Assembly: GCA_947586825.1 (NCBI GenBank)
Contig: CANPXU010000001.1
Span: 11,815-75,814 of the forward strand
Origin: an uncultured Bacilli bacterium
GTDB taxonomy: Bacteria > Bacillota_I > Bacilli_A > RF39 > UBA660
Length of the DNA: 64,000 nucleotides
Direction of reading: 5' to 3'
Shown here: piece after piece, positions 39,601 to 47,325 of the stretch
Position numbering within the stretch: position 1 is the first letter of the stretch
Layout: each line of letters starts with the position of its first letter
Position numbers and translations under genes: made by a program
Notes under the pieces: generated by a model
The model's input: only the letters and a program-made list of their open reading frames with translations
Database searches by the model: none
Told to the model about the DNA's origin: nothing

Positions 39601-41485
39601 CATATTTAACACATAAACTCAAAAATTTTTCATTGCCATATCTTTTTGTATATTCTTCGATAAAATTCAAAGTTTCTTCTTTTTCAGAATCAGTTATGAC
39701 TAACTTCATATCAGCTTTAATAGTCTGAGCTAAATTTCGATTCACAAGAAAAGGTATATAATCATAATGATTATATAAAAGCTTAGGACTAAGATTATTA
39801 GAGTAAAAAGCTTTTCTTAACTCTTCAGGAGCATTTAAATCCATAAACATATCTGGATGTTTATCTCTAAAACTACCTCGTATCCAATCATAATTAACAG
39901 GCTTAATATTAGAGCCTTCATTTCTTATATAGCCTATGAATTTAGCAAACATATTGGCAAATTCTTCATAAGAAAGATGACCTCGTTGAAAGTTTATACC
40001 ATATTTTTTAAATGCTGTTAAATGGCCATTTGAATAGTGATAGCCAAGAGGACTAAGTGCCTCTAACTCTTGAGACCATTCATAGTCTTTATGAGTAAAG
40101 AATCCTGTTTCTGCCTCGAAAAGGCGGATATTTTCTATACCGAAATTATCCACAATCATTCTTTGTTCTTTATCAATAATACATGTATGGTCATTATATT
40201 GTAATAATTCTTCCCATGTATCTATTTTATTAACAAAAGTAAAATTCATAGATTTAAGCCAGTCCATACTATTAAGTGTATCTAAAGATGGCGTGGAAGA
40301 AACAAATAGATATTCTTTAACGGCTTTAACAAACGATGTTTCTAAATCTTTATCTTTCATTAAAAATTGACTTAAAGAATAAAAATCATTAGCATCAGCT
40401 ATATGTGTAAATACATCAGCATGTCTTTGAACAAGCTTTTGAAATTCGCCTAGGCCATAGTTATCCCTTGCAAAAGTTGCCACATAAGAGGAATTATAGT
40501 TTAGAAAATAATCAATAGGAATCGAAGCAAAAGCATCAGCATAGGTAATTATATCTTGAATAGTTAAATCATGTGCAAAATATCTTTGTTTTACATCATC
40601 TGGTATATTAACATTCAATAAAAATATATCAGCATTTTCTTTAATAAATATATCAGGATATAAATCCACATTAATTTTTCGACTAGAATTAATTATTTTT
40701 TGCCGAGCAAAAGCAAAACATCTACTTTTTATTTCTGTTACAGGGCATACTTTAATTTGCTCTTTTAACTCGTCATAAGAAATACTTGAACTATTAAAAC
40801 GGTAGTCAATACCACCCTCCATATAGATAATTGTATTAATAGCCTCATATTCTTCTTTAGATAATAAGTATAGTTCTACAGCTTTTTTAAGACCTAGTAT
40901 TCCAATTAACTGTACTTCATTATTATGATAATTAATATGAGAATTTAAGTCTTTTGCAGCAACTTCACTTAACTGTTCTGAAGTTAAAGAAGCAAAGTCA
41001 CTAATAGTTAACATTCCTTGATAATATTTAGCTTTAAATTCTTCACTAAAGCTATCTGATAGAAATAAGGAAGCATTTGCTTCAATGGTTTCTTCATCAA
41101 AGTCTTTAACATTGAGTTTTCTTCCTAGTTTGCTAAGATTTCTTACATTACAGCCATGAAAATTACCATGGCCGGTATACTCTACTAAAGCAAAATCAAT
41201 ATTAGCTTTAGTATTAGAAAAATCTATAGGACGGGATTCATCAGCGACAATCGACATTCCTTCCCAAGCTTCAAAAGGAATATCGCTTAAATCATAACGT
41301 AATAAAGTGTTTTGTAAAGCTATATAGTCATTAATAGTTTGTTCTTCCAAAGCGCTATCATCAAAACCAGGATCATCTTTATGAGCATCATAAAAATCGT
41401 CATAGTCTTTAACTAACTTACTTAATTGGCTTTTTATTTGATTGAATTGTTCTAAAGTCATCTTTGGAAACATTTTATACACCAT
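36656..41485 (-). CDS. Giant (1609 aa) cytoplasmic repeat-containing protein of unknown function
   Basis: Long uninterrupted ORF. No signal peptide, TM segment or Walker motif seen. At least five copies of a motif ..F(L/M)..(N/S)..(P/S)(E/D)E(L/F/V)(K/R)..(F/Y)Y...(L/M)(T/S)..D.. . A Cys-rich module TDCCQELNNCAEVCMEHSM starts at aa 1266. Confidence 0.6.
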   Translation of the reverse strand: MVYKMFPKMTLEQFNQIKSQLSKLVKDYDDFYDAHKDDPGFDDSALEEQTINDYIALQNTLLRYDLSDIPFEAWEGMSIVADESRPIDFSNTKANIDFALVEYTGHGNFHGCNVRNLSKLGRKLNVKDFDEETIEANASLFLSDSFSEEFKAKYYQGMLTISDFASLTSEQLSEVAAKDLNSHINYHNNEVQLIGILGLKKAVELYLLSKEEYEAINTIIYMEGGIDYRFNSSSISYDELKEQIKVCPVTEIKSRCFAFARQKIINSSRKINVDLYPDIFIKENADIFLLNVNIPDDVKQRYFAHDLTIQDIITYADAFASIPIDYFLNYNSSYVATFARDNYGLGEFQKLVQRHADVFTHIADANDFYSLSQFLMKDKDLETSFVKAVKEYLFVSSTPSLDTLNSMDWLKSMNFTFVNKIDTWEELLQYNDHTCIIDKEQRMIVDNFGIENIRLFEAETGFFTHKDYEWSQELEALSPLGYHYSNGHLTAFKKYGINFQRGHLSYEEFANMFAKFIGYIRNEGSNIKPVNYDWIRGSFRDKHPDMFMDLNAPEELRKAFYSNNLSPKLLYNHYDYIPFLVNRNLAQTIKADMKLVITDSEKEETLNFIEEYTKRYGNEKFLSLCVKYGDVLSDLTITIAKNELDDENKIESAIKKSVYNKIVSGKVEYAYLTQVPEFVYAYPELFINLSSLVNIPSNERMRLTNAFYNRNMTFDDIKKHPELMTILKDKNLWVAFGNRNDPSNNTYNLSTGNLILLNAFDNDSFLKLCAEYGRYMDSIFQLLNGEITIKDGKCFDTNTQNELTIEAIAKRIENLIIRESINGNLDYQPEDAPGFLSSRHPELFLSNDAPEELKLFFYNCGNNYPLSFDVLQKHKEWLPFLEGKALISSLLRCNYLKQDLIDFINLFGEEKALKLGISRSETVMEMMKAHNVATMKKWYDKTGRKFIPDFVVMQNFPLEDADKFLNSASNWSNLMRIKSFASSKEAREAMLKLGYSFGAFDQDQKGFKKLQNLLTSLPRNLKPNCEHVINELCHIEEKIKGLAPGAEMPLDCQQYLKLKEALIAEGFSIDNDKELFSQIYHKKPDGTYVLTINTQSYPKSTDIIRSMLGVYPDVPVLSPNKAHQLFGGFELKYDPDFREFLLQNIDEILDNPEYISFIANIQKQFSEIKAINSNRVLTLDLAISFIQSNKYTSVNVGNEKVAEISAIAGYSQYDFNVLQQIYNYGKQRVFSSIPRISQNTKKVSGDYTYEILRLDDPLAMAIGTLTDCCQELNNCAEVCMEHSMVDKNGRVFVIRDSQGNIVAQSWVWRNKDVLCFDNIEIPDKAFTRADREHPELGRKGFTDEIFQIYKQAAQDLMAADEEVYKSLLEAGMITEEQYEGLRLGKITVGLGYNDIAESLKANSKVDTSIVSRPLSFSEPVKLSRGLYTNDSSTQYILEERDDRKAYSGETLSVHSDTFIEYTDETFTEKSLLTLEKLELVTKNNPNYLETNLGEYADTKHIVTELARNYGLNPNTARIVMNPNFAIIYDINGDKLKIADLLFNIKVDNGMQQMDIASQVIMQIRLALDQIAKDKDVDISSLDSQAQEMYAKAISLTDEMDIERGINNGR

Positions 41486-41581
41486 CCTAAATGTATATAC
41501 TCTCTTATATTAGAGTAGCATTTATTTAACTAGTTTTAGTATTTATAATTAAAATTTTACAATATATTTTACGCATATAAA

Positions 41582-43693
41582 TTAAAGTTTTTGGCCTCCA
41601 GGAGCATCATTTTTTAAACCCTCTTTTATTTTACTTAGTCTATCCCTTTCTTGTTGGAGTTTTTCAGTATCAGCACATACCCATCCAGGATTATTACGTG
41701 TTAAATTATAAAGGATAGCACTAATATCGCCACAATATTTTTCTTGACCTTCCCATAATAAAACTTCTTCGATAAATTGCCTAACCGGAATACTGATGCC
41801 ATTTGCTAAAATTACTTTTCCATCCATAGGAATGTAGGGAGCATAAATTTCTTCGATATATTTTTTAGCACTTACTTGCGTTCCATCAGGAAGATTTATC
41901 ATTTTATCTAGAAGATCAGGATTAATATATTTAGTGATATCTAAAGGGTTTATCTCAAGAGTTTGGCCTTGAATTTGCAAAGTAATAACTCCCATGTTGT
42001 TTTGCGTTTTATCCATTAAGTATCTAGGTAAATCACCATTATATTTTTCTTGGCATTCAAATAAGATACCCTCTTCTATAAATTGTTTAATAGGAAGCAG
42101 TTCTCCATCATTTAAGATAACAATTCCATTTGCTGGTAAACGAGGAAAAACCATTTGCTTTATATACTCTGCCGCGGACATAACTGAGCCATCAGGCATT
42201 GTTATTTGTCTTTGTAAAAGAGCGCTATTTATTATGCTTAGGAAGTTTTCATCATCAAGATGCGTCTTATCAAGTTCTTTATTAGCTATATTTTTAACTT
42301 GTTTTTCATTTTCTTCGAAAGCATTAATTTTTTCTGTAGCCTTTATATCAAAACAAAATTTATTATCATCTATACCAAATGATTTAGCATTTGTTTTGAT
42401 ACTATTTTGAACTTTGGCTATAAAATCAGGGCTATTTTTAGAAATAAAGCCTGCCATTTGTTTAATAACTTGCTCTAAAGTAGAACCATTAAATACTATT
42501 TCTTTGCCACTTTTAACGGGAATATGGACGTCATCATTATTTGTATAAGTTTTATTAGCTAATTTTTCAAGAAGTGAAGGAATATGTCCTTTAATACTTT
42601 GATATATCATTTCTCTAAAAGATGAAGAATGTACATCTTGTAAGGAATAACCAAAATGCTCATCTATATTTTGGTAATCAACTTCTCCACCTTTTAAATG
42701 TCTTTTATCAGATTCAACCCTAGACAAATACTTTCTCTCTAAACTATTTAAAAACATTTCAACTGCTTTTAAAGTTACAAATTCAGTAAAAGTCATATTT
42801 CTTCCCTGATATTTTATTTGTAAACCAGTATTTTGAATAAAATCGATAGTTTCTCTTCTTATTGCATTTTCTAAAAGCTCAGCTCTTACGCCATTAAAGG
42901 ATCTTGACTTACCATCAGGTGTTGGTTCTGGCTCAGAGCCATAGCCAATCCAACCATCAATTTTACCAGTGAGAATCGGAGGCTCTTTGATTCTAGCTAC
43001 AACATCAGGATGTTCTTTTTTGATTGCTTCTAAAATTTTTAAATATTCATCAAATTCTTCAGTTGGTAAATATATGACAATAGTATCATCACGGTTAGCA
43101 TAAAGATCGAACTTAAAATAATAAGGTAAGTGATGTTCATCAAATTTCTCTACTAGAAATGTAATCATTTTATACGTATCTAAAGATTCAGTATTTATAT
43201 ATAATCTATGGTCAGCTTTAGGATATTTATCCTTTTTAGCAGTTAGATATCTTGAGCATACATGAACCCAGCCACTGCCTTCGCCAAAAGAACGCCAACT
43301 ATAATGCTCTAAAGCTTTTTCTAATTCTTTATCACCCTTTGGGCCATAGAAAACTTCATTAGCTTCTTTCATAGTAGTTACATCAGGAACACCTTTTAAA
43401 TATTTTCGCATTTTAATAAAGTCTTGGCCATAACTTCCTTGACGATATAACTCAATAAATTCTTCTCTAGTCATGGCTAAAATGCTATTTTTCCACTTAT
43501 TAAAAAGCATAGCGTGGAATCTATCACCATCTTGAGCATAATATTCCCCCTTAGTATGTTCTTTTGTTACCATATTAGTTAACTTAGAATAATATGCTCC
43601 TTCGCTAGTAACATAGGCATGTATTAGCTTTTCTATTACTTTAGGATCATCTATTGGATTTGCCACTTGATTATATAATTCGTTTAGTTTCAT
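41582..43693 (-). CDS. Uncharacterised 703-aa protein with internal C-terminal tandem duplication
   Basis: aa 160-210 (HRLYINTES..YYFKFDLYANRDDTIVIYLP) are reminiscent of the R.Y.N...K(F/V)...R.D..V.Y pattern of HopA1/LanKC-lyase-like domains. This is my recollection only. aa ~485-567 and ~588-670 are clear repeats of each other. Confidence 0.5.
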   Translation of the reverse strand: MKLNELYNQVANPIDDPKVIEKLIHAYVTSEGAYYSKLTNMVTKEHTKGEYYAQDGDRFHAMLFNKWKNSILAMTREEFIELYRQGSYGQDFIKMRKYLKGVPDVTTMKEANEVFYGPKGDKELEKALEHYSWRSFGEGSGWVHVCSRYLTAKKDKYPKADHRLYINTESLDTYKMITFLVEKFDEHHLPYYFKFDLYANRDDTIVIYLPTEEFDEYLKILEAIKKEHPDVVARIKEPPILTGKIDGWIGYGSEPEPTPDGKSRSFNGVRAELLENAIRRETIDFIQNTGLQIKYQGRNMTFTEFVTLKAVEMFLNSLERKYLSRVESDKRHLKGGEVDYQNIDEHFGYSLQDVHSSSFREMIYQSIKGHIPSLLEKLANKTYTNNDDVHIPVKSGKEIVFNGSTLEQVIKQMAGFISKNSPDFIAKVQNSIKTNAKSFGIDDNKFCFDIKATEKINAFEENEKQVKNIANKELDKTHLDDENFLSIINSALLQRQITMPDGSVMSAAEYIKQMVFPRLPANGIVILNDGELLPIKQFIEEGILFECQEKYNGDLPRYLMDKTQNNMGVITLQIQGQTLEINPLDITKYINPDLLDKMINLPDGTQVSAKKYIEEIYAPYIPMDGKVILANGISIPVRQFIEEVLLWEGQEKYCGDISAILYNLTRNNPGWVCADTEKLQQERDRLSKIKEGLKNDAPGGQKL

Positions 43694-43702
43694 TTAGACC
43701 TC

Positions 43703-44218
43703 TTATTCATGATTTGTTACTTTTTTGCTTTCTTCATCGATTATATTTTTAAAATCTAAAAGTTCACTTATTATGTCAAATTCTTTTATACACTCATCAT
43801 AAGTTCCTACGATTTTAAAATGATTATTATAAGTTAATTCCCAGTAAGTATAACATTCAGGCTCTGCTTCATTAAAATAATTATTTTTTAAATCTCTTAA
43901 ATCATACTCCTCAATCTTTTTTATAAGATCATCGGCATTATCTAAAGTTTCTGAATGCTTATTAGTAAGATAAGTTTTACCATCTTCCAAACTTATATAA
44001 GTACGGCTAATAGTCTTTTGCCAATGGCATATATTTTGTATATGGTCATAGGCAGAAGTAAGTTCAATACTAGTACTTACGGGTTTACCAGGATAGATTT
44101 CTCCTGAAAACCAATGAAAATGCTCTAATTTTAACTGATTAATCTTAAAGGCATCTCTTTTTGTTTTAATTTCTATATTATCAATGGCATTTTGAAAATC
44201 ATCAAACTCACTATTCAT
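43703..44218 (-). CDS. Hypothetical protein (first gene of the orphan operon)
   Basis: 171-aa ORF with RBS GGAGAAG. 9-nt gap to the next gene. No recognised motif. Confidence 0.45.
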   Translation of the reverse strand: MNSEFDDFQNAIDNIEIKTKRDAFKINQLKLEHFHWFSGEIYPGKPVSTSIELTSAYDHIQNICHWQKTISRTYISLEDGKTYLTNKHSETLDNADDLIKKIEEYDLRDLKNNYFNEAEPECYTYWELTYNNHFKIVGTYDECIKEFDIISELLDFKNIIDEESKKVTNHE

Positions 44219-44280
44219 ATAACTTCTCCACTATTATAATTATAACATTATTTTAAGTAAGTTTTATTAATTAGTAAATA

Positions 44281-44309
44281 TTGACTTGTTAACCCCTTTT
44301 TGCTAGAAT
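44281..44309 (+). promoter_or_regulatory. Sigma-A-type promoter for 44339-45587
   Basis: TTGACT (44281-44286) - 17 nt ending in TGC - TAGAAT (44304-44309). RBS AGAAAGG lies before ATG 44339. Confidence 0.55.
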
Positions 44310-44338
44310 ATTTCCAACAATTTAGAAAGGCATAAATA

Positions 44339-45409
44339 ATGACAAAAGTTACGTTAGATACTTCAATTTCTGCAATTGAGGAAATAGATGAGAAATCAAA
44401 AGCATATTTGGCAAGTGAACATATAAACACTTTAGGAGAACTACTTATGTATAATCCTTTTGCTTTATATAGACGCTTAAGTGGTGCATTTGAAAAAGCT
44501 ACTATAACAGATAGTATTCATAAGATGGGATTTGTTTTTGTAAGTGAGGATGGTTTCCTAGAACAATTAAGAGCTCACCTTCTTAAGAAATATAACATAA
44601 CTAATTTTAATTTAAGTACTTTTTCAACTACTGAAAAAAGTGCATTACTTGATTATAAATTATATGAATTACTAGCTTTCTTACCTGACAATAATGGTCG
44701 TAATTTTGCTAGTTTCTGTGTTGAGGCTAAATACTCTTCCCTTACGTTACAAGAAGCTTTAGCTCATGGTCATGTTAATAAGAAAAATACCTTCCTTTAT
44801 AATGAGCAATTAACTTCTTGGTATGGTTATATCAGAAGTCTAGGTTTTGAATTTAGTGAAAATGAAGATTATGAAGCCCAAATGAGTGAACTAACTAAAG
44901 CTAAAGAAAGTGCTAAAAAAGATGGTAGCTATGATTTAGATACTAAAATTCAAACATTAAATACTTTTGTTAGAATTTTCCGTAAAGGTGAAGAATTAAG
45001 TTCTAAAGATATATCAGAACTTATTGACATTAAAGGTTTATTGACCTTAAGAGATATTATATGTATTGATGATGAATATTATAGTAAATTACCTGAAGAT
45101 CTATTAGCAAGAATAAAAAGATTCTTAAACACGGTAGATATTCCCTTTATAGGAGATGAGAACTTTGCCGAATTTAAGAAGCAAGCCCAAGCAGGAGCTG
45201 AAATTCTAAATAGAGCTGAAGCTGTTAGTACGAGAACAAAAATCAAGCAAAGATTTAATTATTTAAGCGAAAAAGCTACTGACCTAATGGAGAAAGTAGC
45301 CATTTTAGAGTATGATAACTATTCACTTGATAAGATTAATATTCTTTTAACTGACCTAATTGAGGAACTTGAAGATATTAAAAGCCAAGCTCAATTTAGA
45401 GGACAATAA
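44339..45409 (+). CDS. Hypothetical protein, helical; C-terminal coiled coil
   Basis: 356-aa ORF divergent from the orphan operon. No recognised catalytic motif. Confidence 0.45.
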   Translation: MTKVTLDTSISAIEEIDEKSKAYLASEHINTLGELLMYNPFALYRRLSGAFEKATITDSIHKMGFVFVSEDGFLEQLRAHLLKKYNITNFNLSTFSTTEKSALLDYKLYELLAFLPDNNGRNFASFCVEAKYSSLTLQEALAHGHVNKKNTFLYNEQLTSWYGYIRSLGFEFSENEDYEAQMSELTKAKESAKKDGSYDLDTKIQTLNTFVRIFRKGEELSSKDISELIDIKGLLTLRDIICIDDEYYSKLPEDLLARIKRFLNTVDIPFIGDENFAEFKKQAQAGAEILNRAEAVSTRTKIKQRFNYLSEKATDLMEKVAILEYDNYSLDKINILLTDLIEELEDIKSQAQFRGQ

Positions 45410-45410
45410 G

Positions 45411-45587
45411 ATGGATTCAGAAGAATTAAATTATACCGACATAGAAAAAGAACTTGATGCTTTAGAAGATACCATTTCACATCTTGAAGAAAAAATAAAG
45501 GCCTTAGAAGAAGCCAAGAAAGCTAAAGCTAAGCAAGCCGAAGAATTACTTGCAGAATATAATGAATTAAAAAAAGAAGCTAATTGA
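45411..45587 (+). CDS. Small coiled-coil protein
   Basis: ATG at 45411 lies 1 nt after the upstream TAA stop (MDSEELNY..). 58 aa, E/K/A-rich. The ORF-track start 45360 overlaps the previous gene and is less likely. Confidence 0.4.
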   Translation: MDSEELNYTDIEKELDALEDTISHLEEKIKALEEAKKAKAKQAEELLAEYNELKKEAN

Positions 45588-45617
45588 AGAAGATTCAGAA
45601 GATTAGCTTCTTTTTTA
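45575..45617 (+). terminator. Intrinsic terminator (10-bp perfect stem)
   Basis: AGAAGCTAAT (45575-45584) and ATTAGCTTCT (45602-45611) followed by TTTTTT. Sits between convergent genes. Confidence 0.55.
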
Positions 45618-46235
45618 TTTAAAAAATAAAGGTCTATCTTTTAATAAAACTCTTGATTTTATTTCATTTATCTCATTTTCAAATTTTCTTTCCTCGCTAG
45701 AACTAAAAAGAAGAGGTCTTTCATCAACTTCAAAAGTTTTACTACTATCTCTATAAACTAAAGGTGAAGAATCATAAATATGCCAATCCATTAAGTAGTA
45801 ATTAAAGAATCTTACGTGTGGATTAGGACACGTAGTAGTGATAGCCTCTCGCATTACAACTTCGACTTTGTCAAAACCTAGAACTGATACCATGAAATCA
45901 GCATATAAGTTATAGCGAGAAAATTCATACTTTTCCAACCATATTTTAAATAATGCTAATTGTTCTGGAGTAAGCATTGAAGTGCAATATTCATCAATGT
46001 CCTGCCTTTCCCCGGTGAAATTATAATCTCTTTTAAATTCCTCAAAAAATTCAACATAATGAGAAAAGCCATTCCCATACTTGATGTCATTTAATAAAGA
46101 ATAGTTTTCTCCTACGCAGTAATTATAAGCAAAGTTTTCGTGTGTTCCAAAAGTAAAAAGCATTTGTCCATCAGGTTTTATAAATGCTCCGCCATTTTCA
46201 CATATTTTTTCATTAAAAGGAAGAATTAAACTCAT
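45615..46235 (-). CDS. Hypothetical cytoplasmic protein
   Basis: 206-aa ORF. No recognised motif. Confidence 0.45.
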   Translation of the reverse strand: MSLILPFNEKICENGGAFIKPDGQMLFTFGTHENFAYNYCVGENYSLLNDIKYGNGFSHYVEFFEEFKRDYNFTGERQDIDEYCTSMLTPEQLALFKIWLEKYEFSRYNLYADFMVSVLGFDKVEVVMREAITTTCPNPHVRFFNYYLMDWHIYDSSPLVYRDSSKTFEVDERPLLFSSSEERKFENEINEIKSRVLLKDRPLFFK

Positions 46236-46249
46236 AACTCACTCCCCTT

Positions 46250-47281
46250 TTAAGAACCTAATAATTGATCCCAATAAGCATAAAATGATGAGCCTGATAA
46301 TTTAATCATTCCTATTCCAATTTTGGTATAGCTAGAATCTATCATATTTGAATAATGACCAGGAGATGTACGCCATCCTTCAGCAGCTGCTTGAGCAGTT
46401 AGATATCCAGCGGCAGCATTTTCACCATAGTTATTAGGTCGTTGTAATCCAAGTTCTTCAAATATCGTAAAACAAGATGTTCCATTAGGTCTAGTATGGC
46501 TCATATTATCAGTATAGGCCATCTCCATTGCTCTTATTGTTGCGGCTAAAGTCAAATCAGGATCAAGAGTTAAAGGAGCTGCTCCTACTTCAGCACGATA
46601 CGTATTAACATAACTTAAAACATCATTATATACACCCATATTTTCAGCAACTAAAGTTTTAGCTTCGGCAAGCATTGATGAAGCTGTACCATTAAAGCCA
46701 CTGGCATCAATAATAGGTCTAACAGAACTTACCTCTAACTTTTCTGTAGTTCCATCACTATAGGTTTTAATAACATAATTAATTTTCTTATTAAATTTAG
46801 TACCATATTTTTCGTATAAAAATTCATATTCAGTAGTATTTTCTTCTTTTACAACCGTCTTTTTTGGTGTAGTTGGAGCTGGCTCTTCTTTAGGTTCTTC
46901 ATAAGCAGGAGGCATTTCATTTTGTGGTTCTACTGTTTGCGTATTAGACTCTTGAATTTCTTGATTTACCTCAGGACTTGTAGTTTCAACTTTTTCTTGA
47001 ACCGGAGTATTATTTTCGGTATTATCCTCCTTTTGTTCAGACTTTTCTTCATCTTGTACATCATCTTCTTTAGAGCCTTCCGTTTCATTAGAAACATCTT
47101 TTTTATCATCTTGAAACTTTTTATTTATAGACTCACTGGTTTTATTATTAATGCTTTCTTTTTCTTTAGTATTTTTAAGTAGATGACTTTTGCAAAACAA
47201 AAAAGTAATACCAAAAGTACAAAGTATTAAAACTAAAACTATTGCTATATATTTTCCCAATTGTTTTTTCATATCAATCAC
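46250..47281 (-). CDS. Membrane-anchored CAP/SCP (PR-1-like, YkwD-type) domain protein
   Basis: N-terminal TM segment, an acidic E/Q/T-rich linker, and a C-terminal CAP domain (YVNTYRAEVGAAPL.LD..L...A..RA.EM......H.RP.G...GENAA.G...A.AA.EGW..SPGHY.NM). Confidence 0.75.
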   Translation of the reverse strand: MIDMKKQLGKYIAIVLVLILCTFGITFLFCKSHLLKNTKEKESINNKTSESINKKFQDDKKDVSNETEGSKEDDVQDEEKSEQKEDNTENNTPVQEKVETTSPEVNQEIQESNTQTVEPQNEMPPAYEEPKEEPAPTTPKKTVVKEENTTEYEFLYEKYGTKFNKKINYVIKTYSDGTTEKLEVSSVRPIIDASGFNGTASSMLAEAKTLVAENMGVYNDVLSYVNTYRAEVGAAPLTLDPDLTLAATIRAMEMAYTDNMSHTRPNGTSCFTIFEELGLQRPNNYGENAAAGYLTAQAAAEGWRTSPGHYSNMIDSSYTKIGIGMIKLSGSSFYAYWDQLLGS

Positions 47282-47325
47282 CCTTAGAAAAGATTATACA
47301 CCAAATCATAAAAAAAACGAAGGGG

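Noticed and set aside
35314-47281. The orphan-gene block could be an integrated mobile element at tRNA-Gly.
   Set aside because: I found no integrase, recombinase, phage or conjugation genes. By eye I found no direct repeat of the tRNA 3' end (..GATTCCGCTCACTTGCTCCA) at any candidate far boundary. There is no obvious compositional shift. Only the tRNA adjacency and orphan content remain, and these are reported as such.
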